From Anaeramoeba ignava BMAN (Eukaryota; Protista; Anaeramoebae), in contig JAPDFW010000064.1 of NCBI GenBank assembly GCA_028826165.1, forward strand, positions 186,001-250,000: a stretch of DNA of 64,000 bases, read 5' to 3'. Numbering within the stretch: position 1 is the stretch's first letter; every line of letters begins with the position of its first letter. The notes under the pieces were generated by a model that saw only the letters and a list, made by a program, of their open reading frames with translations, was not told the DNA's origin and did not search any database. A program made the translations under genes and the position numbers. Of this stretch, positions 37,405 to 52,435 are shown piece by piece.

Positions 37405-39275
37405 TTTTTAATTAATTAATTAATTTTATTCCACTTTTATTTATTTAATTAATTTTATTTCACATTTAATTAATTAATTAATTTCATATTTAATTAATTA
37501 ATTAATTTTATTCCACCTTTATTTATTTATTTAATTTTATTCCACATTTATTTATTTAATTTTATTTCATATTTATTTAATTAATTAATTTTATTCCATA
37601 TTTATTTATTTTATTAATTTTATTCCATATTTATTTATTTAATTAATTTTATTTCATATTTAATTAATTAATTAATTTTATTTCATATTTAATTAATTAA
37701 TTAATTTTATTCCACTTTATTTATTTATTTAATTTAATTTTATTCCACTTTTATTTATTTATTTAATTTTATTCACATTTTATTTTATTTAATTAATTTT
37801 ATTTAATTTTTTTAATTAATTAATTAATTTTATTTCATATTTAATTAATTAATTAATTTTATTCCACTTTTTTTTATTTATTTATTTAATTTTATTCCAT
37901 ATTTATTTATTTAATTAATTAATTTTATTTCACATTTAATTAATTAATTAATTTTATTTCACATTTATTTTATTTATTTAATTAATTTTTTATTTAATTT
38001 TTATTCCATATTTATTTAATTAATTTTATTCCATATTTATTTAATTAATTAATTTTATTCCACTTTTATTTATTTAATTAATTTTATTTCACATTTATTT
38101 TATTTATTTAATTTTATTCCACATTTATTTATTTATTTAATTAATTTTATTCCAGATTTATTTATTTATTTAATTTTTATTCCAGATTTATTTATTTAAT
38201 TAATTTTATTCCATATTTATTTAATTAATTAATTTCATATTTAATTAATTAATTAATTTTATTCCACTTTTATTTATTTATTTAATTTATTTATTTATTT
38301 ATTTAATTTTTATTTCATATTTATTTAATTAATTAATTTTATTCCATATTTATTTAATTAATTTTGTTCATTTTAGTTTTTTATTTGATTTATTTAATTT
38401 AATTTTTTTTATTTTCAAATTAATTTATTTTAATTTAATTTTTATTCCACATTTTTATTTATTTAATTAATTTTATTCCACTTTTATTTATTTAATTAAT
38501 TTTATTCCACTTTTATTTATTTAATTTGTTTTTATTCCACTTTTATTTATTTTTAATTAATTTTATTCCACTTTTATTTATTTAATTAATTTTTATTTCA
38601 CATTTATTTATTTAATTAATTTTTTTTATTCCATATTTATTTATTTAATTAATTTTATTCCATATTTAATTAATTAATTAATTTTATTTTTATTTTTATT
38701 TAATTTTAATTAATTAATTTTATTCCATATTTATTTAATTAATTAATTTTATTCCACTTTTTATTTATTTAATTAATTTTATTCCATATTTATTTAATTA
38801 ATTAATTTTATTCCATATTTATTTAATTATTTAATTAATTTTATTTATTTATTTATTAATTTTTAATTCCATATTTATTTATTTAATTAATTTTATTCCA
38901 CTTTTATTTAATTAATTAATTAATTTTATTCTACATTTATTTTTATTAATTAATTTTTATTCCATATTTATTTAATTAATTAATTTTATTTCATATTTAT
39001 TTAATTAATTAATTTTATTCCACATTTATTTAATTAATTAATTTTATTCCATATTTATTTAATTAATTAATTTTATTTCATATTTATTTAATTAATTAAT
39101 TTTATTCCATATTTATTTAATTAATTTTATTCCACTTTTATTTAATTAATTAATTTTATTCCATTTTTATTTAATTAATTAATTTTATTCCACATTTATT
39201 TAATTAATTAATTTTATTCCACTTTTATTTATTTAATTAATTTTATTTCACATTTATTTAATTAATTAATTTTAT
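37405..39275. repeat. 1.9-kb degenerate AT satellite, unit about 28-32 bp (TTAATTAATTAATTTTATTCCAYWTTTATT)
   Basis: Recurrent TTTTATTCCA and TTAATTAA cores; lies between the divergent TRM9 and BEACH genes. Confidence 0.9.
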
Positions 39276-39649
39276 TAAAAAATTTTTGTTTATTTTAGTT
39301 TTAGGGGGTTTATTTGATTTAAAAAAAATTTTTTTTTGTTTTGTTTTGTTGTTTTTGTTTTTTGAAAGAATTTTGCAAATTAAATTTATTTATAATTTAG
39401 AATGAAAATAAAAACAAATTTATATTCAAAAGAATAAACATTTTTCAAAGTCAACAAAAAAAAAAAATTAAATAAAAAAAATTTTTTTTTTCTTTTTGGA
39501 TTTTTCATTTTTTTTCATTTAATTTTTCTTTATAAAAATTTTTTTTTTTCATTTTCTTACTCACTTTCCTTTTTTTAAGAATTTTATATTTGTTTTTAAA
39601 AAAAAAATACTAAAAGAAAAACAATTTATTTATAATTTTTGATTTGTTA

Positions 39650-42600
39650 ATGTCAAATAAGAAAAATTTATTTGCAAAAAACAAGAAATTCAAGATCTTC
39701 CAAAAAACACCACAAGAAGATCCTAGTTTCAAACACCACAAATTAAATGGTGAACAATTAGACACCATTTGGGCAACTTTAAAAACAATTCAAAATTTAG
39801 TAATTTCTTATACTTTTTAATATAACAAAACCAAATCATTTTAAATTATAAATTAAAATTATAAATAAAATACAAATTTAAAATGATAAATAATTTTTCA
39901 AATCATTTAAAAAAAAATGATCAAATTACTTTATTATTGAAACAATTCCACTAAAAAATTCCACTAAAAAATTATAAATAAAATTATAAATAAAATTATA
40001 AATAAAATTATAAATAAAATTATAAATAAAATTATAAATAAAATTATAAATAAAATTATAAATTAAATTATAAATAAAATTATAAATTAAATTATAAATA
40101 AAATTATAAATAAAAATAAATAAAAATAAAATAAAATTATAAATAAAAATAAAATAAAATTATAAATAAAATTATAAATAAAATTATAAATAAAAAATAA
40201 AATTATAAATAAAATTATAAAATTAAAAATAAATAAAATTATAAATAAAAATATAAATAAAATTATAAATAAAAATAAAATAAATTTATAAATTAAAATT
40301 ATAAATAAAATAAAATAAAATTATAAATAAAATTATAAATAAAATTTATAAATAAAATTATAAATAAAATAAAAAATAAATAAAATTATAAATAAAATTA
40401 TAAATAAAATTATAAATTAAATTATAAATTAAATAAATAAAAAATAAAATTATAAAATAAAATTATAAATAAATAAAATTATAAAAAAAAAATTATAAAT
40501 AAAATTAAATAAAAATAAAATATAAAAAATTAAATTATAAAAAATTATAAAATTAAAAAAAAAAAATTAAATAAATAAATTTATAAATAAAAATTATAAA
40601 TAAAATTATAAATAAAATTATAAAATAAAATTATATAAATAAAATTATAAAATAAAAATTATAAATAAAAATTAAATATAAATAAAATAAAATTATAAAT
40701 TAAATATAATTTATAAATATAAATTAAATAAAAATATAATATAAAATTATAAATAAAATTATAAATAAAATTATAAATATAAATTAAAAAAAATTATAAA
40801 TAAAATTATAAATTAAAATAAAATTATAAAAATAAAATTATAAATAAATTATAAAAAAATTATAAATAAAATTATAAATTAAATTATAAAAAAATAAAAA
40901 ATTATTAATAAAATTATAAATAAATATAAATTATAAATTAAAATTATTAATTTTAAAATAAATTAAATTATAAAAATAAAATAAATTATAAATAAAATAA
41001 TAAATTAAATAATAAATAAAATTATAAATTAAATTATAAATTAAATTATAAATATATTAATTTATAAATAAATAAAATTATATAGGAACAAACAGATACA
41101 TGGTTTTGCAATTTTTCAGAATTATTTTTAAAAAGTTATTCAGATTGGAAACCATCTCAATTTACTTCATTGAAAAAAATGGAATCAATTTCACAAAAAT
41201 TATACGAAAAAGATGAAGCTCACCCTCCAAAATTAATTGTTGAAACACTCAAAACTTTATATCATTTCACCCAAATATTTACACATGGTATTTTAATTTT
41301 TCTAAATAAAATGAAACTTTCTAAGTTAAAATGAAATCTTTTTAATTACAAATTCCCAAAGACCCAAATCTTTTAGAAAAAGAATCTTCGTCTTTAATCT
41401 CAATAGAAATGATTTTATTGCTTTCAAAATCAGTTTATAACCAGAAATGCTTTATTAAATATCAATTATTCCAAATATTAATAATAATCTCCGAACAATT
41501 TAATTCGAAAATTTCTTTAATTTTTGATGAGGTATTATTTAATCAACTCAATTAATTTTTTTTTTGGTATTAATTTTCTTCACTTTATAAAGATGCAAAC
41601 AAAAGATGAAACAAAACCCAAGAATTCTTTTACTTTAAAACTGGTTCATTTACTCCAATATTTACTTTCAAGAATCACATCCATAATTTCAATATTCCAT
41701 CGATCAATTCTTTTCCCTAAACTTAATTCGAATGAATTATCTATTATCACTCAAATATTATTTCGTAATTAAGCAACAATAACCTAAATAATTTCAAAAT
41801 TATCTAACATTTTCTTTTTGGTAACTCTCCACATTTGTAGATTTTTTGCTAACATTAGTCCAACTGAAACAAAAATTCCGGTTTAATAAAGAACAATATG
41901 ACATACTTTTTGATATGATTGAATTATTTAGAAAAATGACCCAAAAATCAATACTGAAAAATGAACACTTACTGTTTTTATTCAAAACAATCACATCATT
42001 ATTGGAGCCACCTAAGCCAACAGTTTTCTTTGTGGAAGATCATTTCAAAGATGAAAATGAGGAAAATGACACAAATTCTCTTTCTCGGCATTTATTCCAG
42101 CACTTTTTACTAAAAAACCAAAAACTCGACGAAAAAGAACTCAAATTAATTGATTTCCAAACAAAAATTGTTTGCATAGATTTAATCCGGTTTATTATCA
42201 AAGACAATATTGAAGTTGAGTATTTATTCTGCGATTCAATGCCTTTGACTTCTTTCCAAAAATTTATAACTTGGGTAACCCACCAATTTCCAAATACAGA
42301 AACGACAAATATGAGAAATGAAAAGAAACATTCGCAAAAAGAAAATAATGAAAATAATCACGACAATACACAAGATGCTAATGCGCTAGATAAGGAAGAA
42401 AGCAAAGAAATTGAAAGTAATAAAAATCACCAAAAATACAAGCAATTTCATTATTTATTATTTATATTTATTTATTTTTTTGAAAGACACACAACTCAAA
42501 TTTTCCAAAGAGGTTCCAATAATTTCAGCAGATGAAATTAAAGAAGAAATCGAAAAACCACAAATCCCATTAAAGTTTATGAATAATTTGCGAATGGAAC

Positions 42601-45600
42601 AGCTTTTTGTTTCATTGAAAGAAATTTGTATCACAAGCCAGAAAAATAGAAATGCGGAACAACTCAAAAAATTGCAAATTATGCAAAAGAAAAAATCCAA
42701 ATCACAAAATAATCAACAAAGCACAAAAAAACAGAAACAAAAACAAAAGAAAAAGAAAAAGAAAAACGAGGGTTTCCAACTCGAGGATTTATTGAAAAGA
42801 GAATACCAATTTGCAATTGAACAAAATCACCAAAGCGCAAATTATTCCAATTTGAATTTTCATTTTCATCATCTTCTCTATAATCTATTTGTGGAGCGCA
42901 CGTCCTTTAGAGCAAAAGATCAAAAAATGCTCAATTTATACATTTTAAACTTCTTTTTGGATATTTTTTCAGAGGAATTTAGTGATATATTTTACAAAAA
43001 CCAAATATGGAAAGTGATGATACTGAAGGTTTGCGAGGTAAATCATTTTTCATTTACAAACAAAACAATTTTTTTTTCTCTTAGTGAAAAATATTGATTG
43101 AGATTTTTGATGAATTTAGGAAGACAAAATTTTAGACAAAATCATAAAGAAAAAACTACATGACTTTTTCTGCTATTTCCAGTCTTTGTATCCAAAGCAG
43201 AAGTCTCAGATTTCCGTCTTATTTGAAATTATGAAAGAAAACAAAGAAAATGCTTATATAATTAAGGACATGACAAAATTGATTATAAAATTGCTGAGAA
43301 TTGATTTCGGGAAAATCTCCCACGAACTTGTGGAAATGGATGTGTTTAATTTTTATTTGGAAACCAATTTACAGCTGCTGAAGATGAAGAGTGTTGAACA
43401 GTTCCAAGCAGCATTCAATGCCAAAAGTGTGAGTTCGGAAATTTACTACAAACTTCAATATAAAATTTTCAAGGTTCTTGACTATTTATTCGCAAACGAG
43501 GAAATATGCATACGCTCACTTTCCAATACGAGCTGGGGAATATCGATAATATCCTTGGTTTTTGAAAAAAGCACAAAGAAACTTTCACTAAGCATTATGT
43601 TTCGGATGATGTGTTCCGTTAAGTCTACAGCAACTGCAGATATGGAAGGATGGTTTTTCCAGATGTACATGGAGCTTGTAATGACAATTTCTCAGAGATA
43701 CACATCAAAACCTTTGGAATACAGTATAACCCCAAAGGAAGTTGTGCAGACAAACAGCATTGATGATTCCAAAAACACAATCAAGATTCCCAGTACCCTT
43801 CCGGAGTATCCTATTGTGTACATCCAGGAGTTGCTGAGCTTAGCAACAGAAGCAATCAGCATCAATAGAGAGTCTCTGCAGAAATTACTGCCACAAATCG
43901 GTATCTTTGAGATGCTCATCTCGCTGATGTCGATACCCGAATTAAACACCATTGTTTCACGGTTCATTTTGCGGATGCTGAACGAGTTGTTGTATTGCTC
44001 GAAAATAAACGTAGATAGATTCAATAAAATCTCAGGGTTTAAAAACTTAGGCAATTTGCTTTTGGATTCGCAGCAAAATAACTCAGATGTAGAGATTTTC
44101 CAGCTCCTGCTCAGCATGATTGTGAACACCGGAAAATTCGATAAGGAAAATAATTATTTGATCCAGAATTACTACTTGGTTTCAATGATGTTTGAGCTAT
44201 ATTACAAGCTCGAGGATCATAGTTTCTTTTCCCAGTTGCTTGACATATTTTGCGAAATTTGCGAAAAATCAACCCAAAATATATCGTTTTGCTACACTGC
44301 TAGACTGCTTGAGCATTTGAGCACAGCAGTGTGTACAATCCATGAGGATTTGATTCTCCAAAAAGTCTCACGATTGATCAAGATAATATGCTCTTATGGG
44401 ATAACGATTGAGGATATGCACACACTATTCCGTCCACTGGCAAAATTGCAAGAAAACAAGAAATTGCCGTATCTTGTTTTTCTGTTTCGAATTCTGCATG
44501 GGATGGTGGAAAAAAGTGAGCATTTGGATCAACCGTTGGGATTTTTCGACTTCCACTTCGGTCATTTGTCACTTCCAAATGTGGAGAAATGGCCAAACAA
44601 TGGATGGGGGTTTTATACATGGATGCGCTTTGAAAGAGAAACAATTAATTCCACAGTGAGCCTCGACATGCAACCACGGATATTTAGTTTTTTCGATGAT
44701 TCGGGAAAAGGTATAGAGTTCTTTTTTCTTGTCAAGGATTCTCAAAAGACACAGAAACAGAGCCAAGACAACAAAAAAAAGGATCTAACTATAATTTTTG
44801 TTCTAAGAGTGCTGACACCTACAGACTCAGCAGAAGTAGCTTTTCCCTTTGATTTCCCGCAGAAACAATGGAACTTTGTTGCAGTGTCTCAATCTCCCAT
44901 CAAAGGATACTCATCCTCAAGTAAAGTGCGTGTTTATCTCAACTTTGAGATGGCTGAACAAGCGTTCTCAAAGTATTTGACTGTTCCCGATTTGACAAAA
45001 AACAAGGTTGGATCGCGATCCTTTTTTGAAACTCCTTTCCCAAACTCTTACGGTCCAAAAATGAATTTCTATCTCCCAAAAATCAAAAATCCCATTTCTG
45101 GTGAGAACGAAGATTTTTCTGAAACAAAACCGAAAAGAAAAAGCAAAGCAAAACACGATAATTCCAGTCCCCAGACAGACGCAAAAATCCAGGGAAAAAG
45201 CGACGAAGGAAATAAACAAGAGAAATCAGGCGGTTGGGATCAAAAAGAACGACTCAAGCAGCTCACACCAACAAATAGCCTTGAATCTTACTCCATCCCG
45301 CAGGAATTAGGCCATCAGAACCAGATCTATCAAAAAATGGAATGGGATTACTCTTTTGTTGGTGAAATGGGGATTGTGTGCTTTTTCAAGAAGTCTATGG
45401 AAAACTCTCATTTTTCACGAATTTGCAAATCAGGACCGCAATTCATTCCTTTTTTCGATGTATCTGGGGTAACTGTTCCTGTTACAACTGATCCTTACAT
45501 ACAATTTGTGATCGAATTAAACCAGAGCATTCTTCTCGCATACCATCCCAAGGCGACCAAAAAGCACTATTGTTTGGACTTGAGTCCTGGATCAACAAAA

Positions 45601-48600
45601 AAAAGTTCTGCAATCATGTCTGGAGTGGCCTCATTGTTTTTCTATGATCTCAAAGGGCTTATCACGAGTCTTGGTGGTATTTCGATATTCTTCCCTTTTT
45701 TTATAGATTTCGAACAGCTTTTCCCAAATTTCCGCGACTCAATATTTTCCAGCGAAGAGATTGAAATCACACACTTAGATTACATATTCAGCATCTTTGC
45801 AGATATTCTATGCTCGACAAAGGAGATGCAAGATTCTTTTGTTGAGGAGTATTCTTTTGCGTTAATTTCCAAAATGATCGGAGATGTTGATCCTTTATTC
45901 ATCTCCAAAAAAATAGTTTCTGTGATCTTAAAAATGCTTCTTCAAGCAAGAAGCACAAAGTTTGCAAATGATCTTTTCTTTAATCTTGTCCTGAGCATCG
46001 ACAACTGGATCTACTGTTCGTTTGAGATTCACAAGGGTTTATTGGGGATTATGACAAATGTGATAAAACAAGATTTAGACAACGAGATGCTGAAGGAAAT
46101 CGATGTATCGATACAAATGCTGATTGATATCCTAACGTTTTTCTATTGGCTCAAGCCCGAAGAATTTTCTCGAGGCACAGAACCCAAATTCTTCCCCAAA
46201 ACAAATCGGTATACAAATCGGGAGTTGTCCAGCAAGGAAGTTACTGAACTCAGATCGATGATCTTGATCTTGATATACAGCAAACTTTCCAAATTGCGCA
46301 CTGAGAACACAGAGAACAATCGAAAGCAGATCAAGGAATCTCTTCTTTTGGTTATCTATTCATTTTGCATTTTGCAGCACAAAGAAACCTATTTTGGTGA
46401 GTTGGGGATGTTTGTCGGATTTTTACTGCAAGAATCCAAAACAAATTCAAAATTGCCACAAGCACCCATTCTTGATACAGCGCTGATCAATCCTCTTGTG
46501 TTTCTCCTTGATACACACGAATCTCCTTCACGCAGGAAGCTGCTTGAATTCATCTACGATCTGGACACACTTGGGTTACAAATCAGCGAGATCAACTCCA
46601 AATTTGATCCTAAAAGAGGATATATTATTGTCAATGAGATTCTTTTGAAATATGAACTGACAAAAGATCTTTCTCACTTCCTTTTCCAGATCATGGTTTC
46701 ACCTTCAATTCCAGCACCAAAAGTTGGGAACGATTTTGAGATACAAAGACCATGGGTATTTTTCACCATTCTCAAGTTTATCAAGAAGGACCAAAATTCC
46801 GAAGCGCTTTTGTTTGCGAATAAAGTGCTCGATATTATCAAGAAACAGAATAAAAACCCAAAGGGGTTATTGGATGCATTTGGATGGCAATTTCGGCTAA
46901 TTGAGCTTGTGGATTTCGATAATGTTGTTGAAAGGGAGCAAATTTTCTATCGAAAAAGAACAACATCAGAAGAAACAGAAGACGAAGTTTCGGCCAAAAA
47001 GAACGAGGCCAATGATTTTGTGTTTGATTTTTTCAGGTGGATTTTGTCCTATAATTTGTTGAACCACAAAACAGGCTTACAGTTCCTTTTGCAAACAATA
47101 GCCTTTGTTGGCTTATCCACAATTTCCAAGCACAAATACGAAGAAATTGTTGTTCGCAGAATTCTTTTCGATGTTTTCCAGGAAATTGCACCAAATATTA
47201 AAGATCTTACTAAGAAATCCAATACCTTTATTTTCAATAATATATATGGGCTAGTCGAGGTTGTTCGCAGGTATTTCTATTTCGACTTCAGCTATGAAAT
47301 TGTAAAACTCGACACCCCAACAAACGAAATGCCTGCAAAGAAAAGTTCTGAGCCATCCGCTGAAGAGGAAAAACGAGAAAGAATCAAGGTGAAGTGCAGA
47401 ACAAAGCACACACATATCGACGACTTCATGCTCATTTCCGGTGCAATGGACTTTTTCGAAAAAAGCAATTTCTGGATCAAATTCGCGCTTTCTCTTGATG
47501 ACAAGAAAAAAATGCAAGTATTTACCAGAAACCTTATCATCTTGATCGTGCATTTTCTGCCAAGTCTCGATTCGCATATTTGTCATTTTTATATTGACCA
47601 GCTGAATATACTGATCAACTTGAAAATGGACGACAAAATTCTTATTGATATCATCGCCATTCTTTTCCAGTACTTGAGGCTCTATTCCAACATTGCTCTT
47701 CCTGAAAATACAGAAACAAATCTCGAGCGTCCCAGCTTTACCGAAGAAGACACAGATCAGACACAGAAGTTTAACGAAGATGATCCAAAAAAATCCGAAG
47801 AGTTTTTCGAGATTGATCTTGGAAGCGATAACGAAAATTATAATGACAACGATAATGATAATGATAATTCTAATTCTAATCCGAATCAAGCATACGATAT
47901 GCTAAGTAGTGAAAGTACCACTGAAACAGACAGAAGAAACGAGTCTATGCACGATATCTCCACTGGAAATATTTTCCTTGATTTTGTTTCCGGTGAGACT
48001 CGCAAGGAAATTTTCTGGTTGTTGGTGTCCATTTTCGAGAACCATTATTCTATTCTTCGTCCAATCATTTTGGATGAGGAAAATAAGGTGATTATGTCCG
48101 AACTTTTTTCCAAAACTCATGGGAAAGAGTTGAATGGAAATGATATCATCACAGAAGAGACTTTCCACACCAAAAAATGGAGGTTTGCTTGGCGAAAGTA
48201 TTTTCTTCCGAGGATTCTGAGAATGAAGAAAAAAAACATCGCCTCTCTTGGGCACATCAACAAGCAAATTGCTATTTATTTGCAGTCAAGTCGTGTCAAG
48301 CTTTATGAAGAAAATGTTCAGATTTTCCAGCAAAAGAAAATTCATCATCGAGTTGTAATTGGAAGAACAGAAAAAAGGCTTTCCAAGATTAGAGAAAGAA
48401 TGAAATTTTTGCAAGTGTTGGAAAACAGAAAGAATCGTTCGATGATCAAGAAACGTAAACGCGCATTTCGGCAATTAATCTCCAATAAGTTTTTATGGTA
48501 TCAAGTTTTGCCAAAATCAAAAGAATATTTTAGATACTTTAAGCTTGATAAAACTGAGGATTTGTCAAAAACACGACCCAAAATGAGAATTAACTACAAT

Positions 48601-51315
48601 TATGATTCTCATTTTGATGCTTTAATGTATATGAACAAAAAAAAATTTGAGAAAAAGGTTAAAACAAGAGAAGAAAAAGAAGAAAAAGAAAAAGAAGAAG
48701 AAAAAGAAAAAGAAATTGAAATTGAAAATGAAAATGAAAAAGAAATTGAAATTGAAAATCGAAAATCAAAATCAAAATAAAAATAACGAAAATCAAAAAA
48801 TCATCTCCAAAAAAGAAAAAGATTCAGAAAATAAAATCAAAACTGTTAATGATTTCGAGATTTATGAACTCGAATTTTATCGATCAGGAAAAAAAAATCA
48901 AGATAATATACTTAAGGAAGTTCTTGAAAACATGAATAAAGCAATTAATACACTTGCAGTCGAGTGTGAAATGATTTCTGGATTATTTAAATATTCGGGA
49001 ATTCTTGAAATTACAGAAATGGAAATGAACTTTTATATCGATTTCAAGGATTCTGGAAATAAAATGCATATCCCGATGAATGACAAGAAATGGAAATTAA
49101 AGAACATCATAGAAGTGCACAGAAAAAGACACAATTTCCAACCAGGATCTCTTGAAATAGAATTTGACAACCACAAAAGTTACTTTTTCAAGTTTTCTTT
49201 CGAAAATTCCAATGCAGTTTTCCAGAAATTAAGCGATTCTAAATTGACAAGATTCAATCGCGATCCGGATTTAGTTGAAGAGCTAAGGAATTTAACAAAA
49301 CAATGGCAAAATTATCAACTTTCCAACTTTGATTATTTACTCAAACTAAATTTCATTTCTGGGAGAACATTCAATGATTTGTCCCAATATCCTGTTTTTC
49401 CTTGGATTTTTTCTGATTATGAATGTGAAGAGCTTGATCTGAAAAACCCTGAAGTTTATCGTGATTTATCAAAGCCAATCGGAGCATTGAATCCAAAAAG
49501 ATTGAAAATTTATTCTGAACGATATACTAATATGATTGAAAATACTGATGGTTTGCCACCATTTTATTATGGATCTCACTATTCAAGTCCAGGTAAAAAA
49601 AAAATAAGAAAAAGAAAAACTTAAAATAATTTGATTTGATTTGATTTGTTTTATTTTGTTTTTTAGCAAGCGTTGTATTTTATTTAATTCGTTTAGAACC
49701 ATTTACAACTCAATGCATTTATTTACATGGAGGGAAATTTGACCATCCAGACAGACTATTTCATTCTATCCCATTAACTTGGCGATCCTGTTTATCGAAT
49801 TCAGCTGATTTGAAGGAATTAACACCTGAATTTTTCTATTTCCCAGAATTTCTTTTGAATCAGAACAATTTTAATTTTGGAATTCAGCACACAAACCAGA
49901 AGGTGGAAGATGTAGAACTTCCGAAATGGGCAAAATCACCGGAAGATTTTGTCAGAATCAACCGCAAAGGTCTTGAAAGCGAGCATGTTTCGGAAACGAT
50001 TCACATGTGGATCGATTTGATCTTCGGATATAAGCAAAGAGGAGAAGAGGCGATCAAGGCTCACAATGTATTTTACTTTTTGACTTATGACAACATTGAT
50101 TTCGACTCTATCACAAACAAGGAAGAGCTCAACACAACGTTTTCTCAAATTGAAAATTTTGGACAGACACCGAAACAGATATTTTTCAAGCCGCATCCAC
50201 AAAGAATCAAGAAAGTAACCACAGAAACCAAAAAGCCTATTCCGATCCAAGAGATTTTCAATACAATCAGCATCTTCTCAGCAACATTATCAGATCACTC
50301 GATTGTCTATGTGTATCTTTCTCACCAAACGACAGAACTGGCGTGGTTTGGGATGCTGCAGAAACTGTATCTCATTGATTCCAAGCGCAATTTCTTTGTG
50401 AAAAAATGGGCGCTCAGTAAATCAAATACCCAGCAAGCGCCTGTTGTGAATCTCGAGAGTGAAAAGAGCGCAAAAAATTCCAAAATGATTGGCACAGTTT
50501 TTGCTGAAGGTGTTAATTACTATAACTGCTTCTCAATTGCGCCAAGCGGAGATTTACTTTTTAGTTGTGGGTTTTGGGATAACTCCTTCATTGTTTCCAA
50601 CTCCGAAAACGGAGTTCTTGTTAACAGAATCGTGCATCACAAGGATGTTGTGACATGTATAAAAACAGAATCAAACAGATTATTGGCAACGGGCTCAAGA
50701 GATTGCACTGTCGTTGTTTGGGATTACGATCTTGAGAAAAGACCACTGGAAATTATCCCCAGATACACTCTTTCTGGACATCGAAGCGAAGTGACTGCGG
50801 TTGCAATGAGCTCTGTTTGGGATATGCTTGTTACAGGTGCCAAGGACGGTGTGTGCATAATCTATTCTTTATATTCAGGATCTTTTTTCAAAAAATTTAA
50901 GATTCGCAATCCTTCCAAAGTTCTTTTTGTTCCTGGTACCGAACATAACAATGTGGAAATCTCAATGATCCGCATTCTGTCAAATGGGCAAATTCTAGTT
51001 TACTCAATAAACGATCCGCTTTTATCTCTTTATTCGCATCTTGGGCGTTTTATTTCAAATATTCCCTTGAGTTCTCCTATCACAAGTTGGGAATTTATTC
51101 ATGATGAGGAGTTTTTAATTACTGGATCAAGAAATGGTCTTCTTCAAATTTTCAACATTCCAAATTTGTCTTTGGTTCATGATTATAATATTCAGACTCC
51201 AATTTGTTATATTTGTATAACTCCTGATAAAGATAATTTTTTAATTGGAGGAACTAAAGGTGCTTTATTAATTGGGAATTTAGTTTCAAGTGATGAAATC
51301 AAAAACTTAAATTGA
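39650..51315 (+). CDS. BEACH-domain protein (helical repeats, ConA-like lectin, PH, BEACH, WD40); multi-exon, frameshift at about 48770
   Basis: ConA-like: GFFDF...KWPNNGWGFYTWMRFE. BEACH: WQNYQLSNFDYLLKLN..SGRTFNDLSQYPVFPW, YGSHYSSP|ASVVFYLIRLEPF, FDHPDRLF, KELTPEFF, WIDLIFGYKQRG, NFGQTP. WD40: HKDVVTC, TGSRDCTVVVWD. Exon 1 is 39650-39799; intron 49593-49666. Confidence 0.93.
39965..41082 (+). repeat. Intronic (TAAATAAAATTA)n AT-only satellite in BEACH intron 1 (39800-41085)
   Basis: Directly visible; regular at the start, noisy later. Confidence 0.88.
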
Positions 51316-51394
51316 ATAATTTTTTTTTTGGATGTGAATAGAATTTTTCCAAAGAAAAAAAATAATTCTAAGCATTTACATTTCAAATTCGAAA

Positions 51395-52435
51395 CCAAAA
51401 TCAAAATCAAAATCAAAATCAAAATCAAAATCAATTTCAAAATCAAAATCAAAATCAAAATCAAAATCAAAATCAAAATCAAAATCAAAATCTAAATCAA
51501 AATCAAAATCAAATTCAAAATCAAAATTAAAATTAAATTCAAATTCAAAATCAAATTCAATTTCAATTTCAAAATCAAAATCAATTTCAATTTCAATTTC
51601 AAAATCAATTTCAAAATCAAAATCAATTTCAATTTCAAAATCAAAATCAATTTCAATTTCAAAATCAAAATCAAAATCAATTTCAAATTTAAAACCAAAA
51701 TCAAAATCAAAATTAAAATCAAAATCAAAATCAAAATCAAATTCAAAATCAAAATCAAAATCAATTTCAAAATCAATTTCAAAATCAAAATCAAAATCAA
51801 ATTCAAAATCAAAATCAAAATCAATTTCAAAATCAAAATCAAAATGAAAATCAAAATCAAAATCAAAATCAATTTCAAAATCAAAATCAAAATCAATTTC
51901 AAAATCAAAATCAATTTCAATTTCAAATTTAAAATCAAAATCAAAATCAAAATCAATTTCAAAATCAAAATCAATTTCAATTTCAATTTCAAAATCAAAA
52001 ATTTCAATTTCAAAATCAATTTCAAAATCAATTTTAAATTCAAAATCAATTTCAAAATCAAAATCAAAATCAAAATCAAAATCAAAATCAATTTCAAAAT
52101 CAAAATCAAAATCAAAATCAATTTCAATTTCAAAATCAATTTCAAAATCAATTTCAAAATCAAAATTAAAATCAAAATTAAATTTAAATTCAATTTCAAA
52201 ATCAATTTCAATTTCAAAATCAAAATCAATTTCAAAATCAATTTCAAAATTAAAATCAAAATCAAATTCAAAATCAAAATCAAAATCAAAATCAAAATCA
52301 ATTTCAAAATCAAAATCAAAATCAAATTCAAAATCAAAATCAAAATCAATTTCAAATTCAAAATCAAAATCAAAATCAAAATTAAAATCAAAATTAAAAT
52401 CAATTTCAATTTCAATTTCAATTTCAAATTCAATT
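51395..52435 (+). repeat. 1-kb compound hexamer array (AAAATC / AATTTC / AAATTC)
   Basis: Directly visible; starts 80 bp after the BEACH stop codon. Confidence 0.92.

Noticed and set aside
39296-39312. TTAGGGGG resembling a telomeric repeat
   Set aside because: Single occurrence, not an array.
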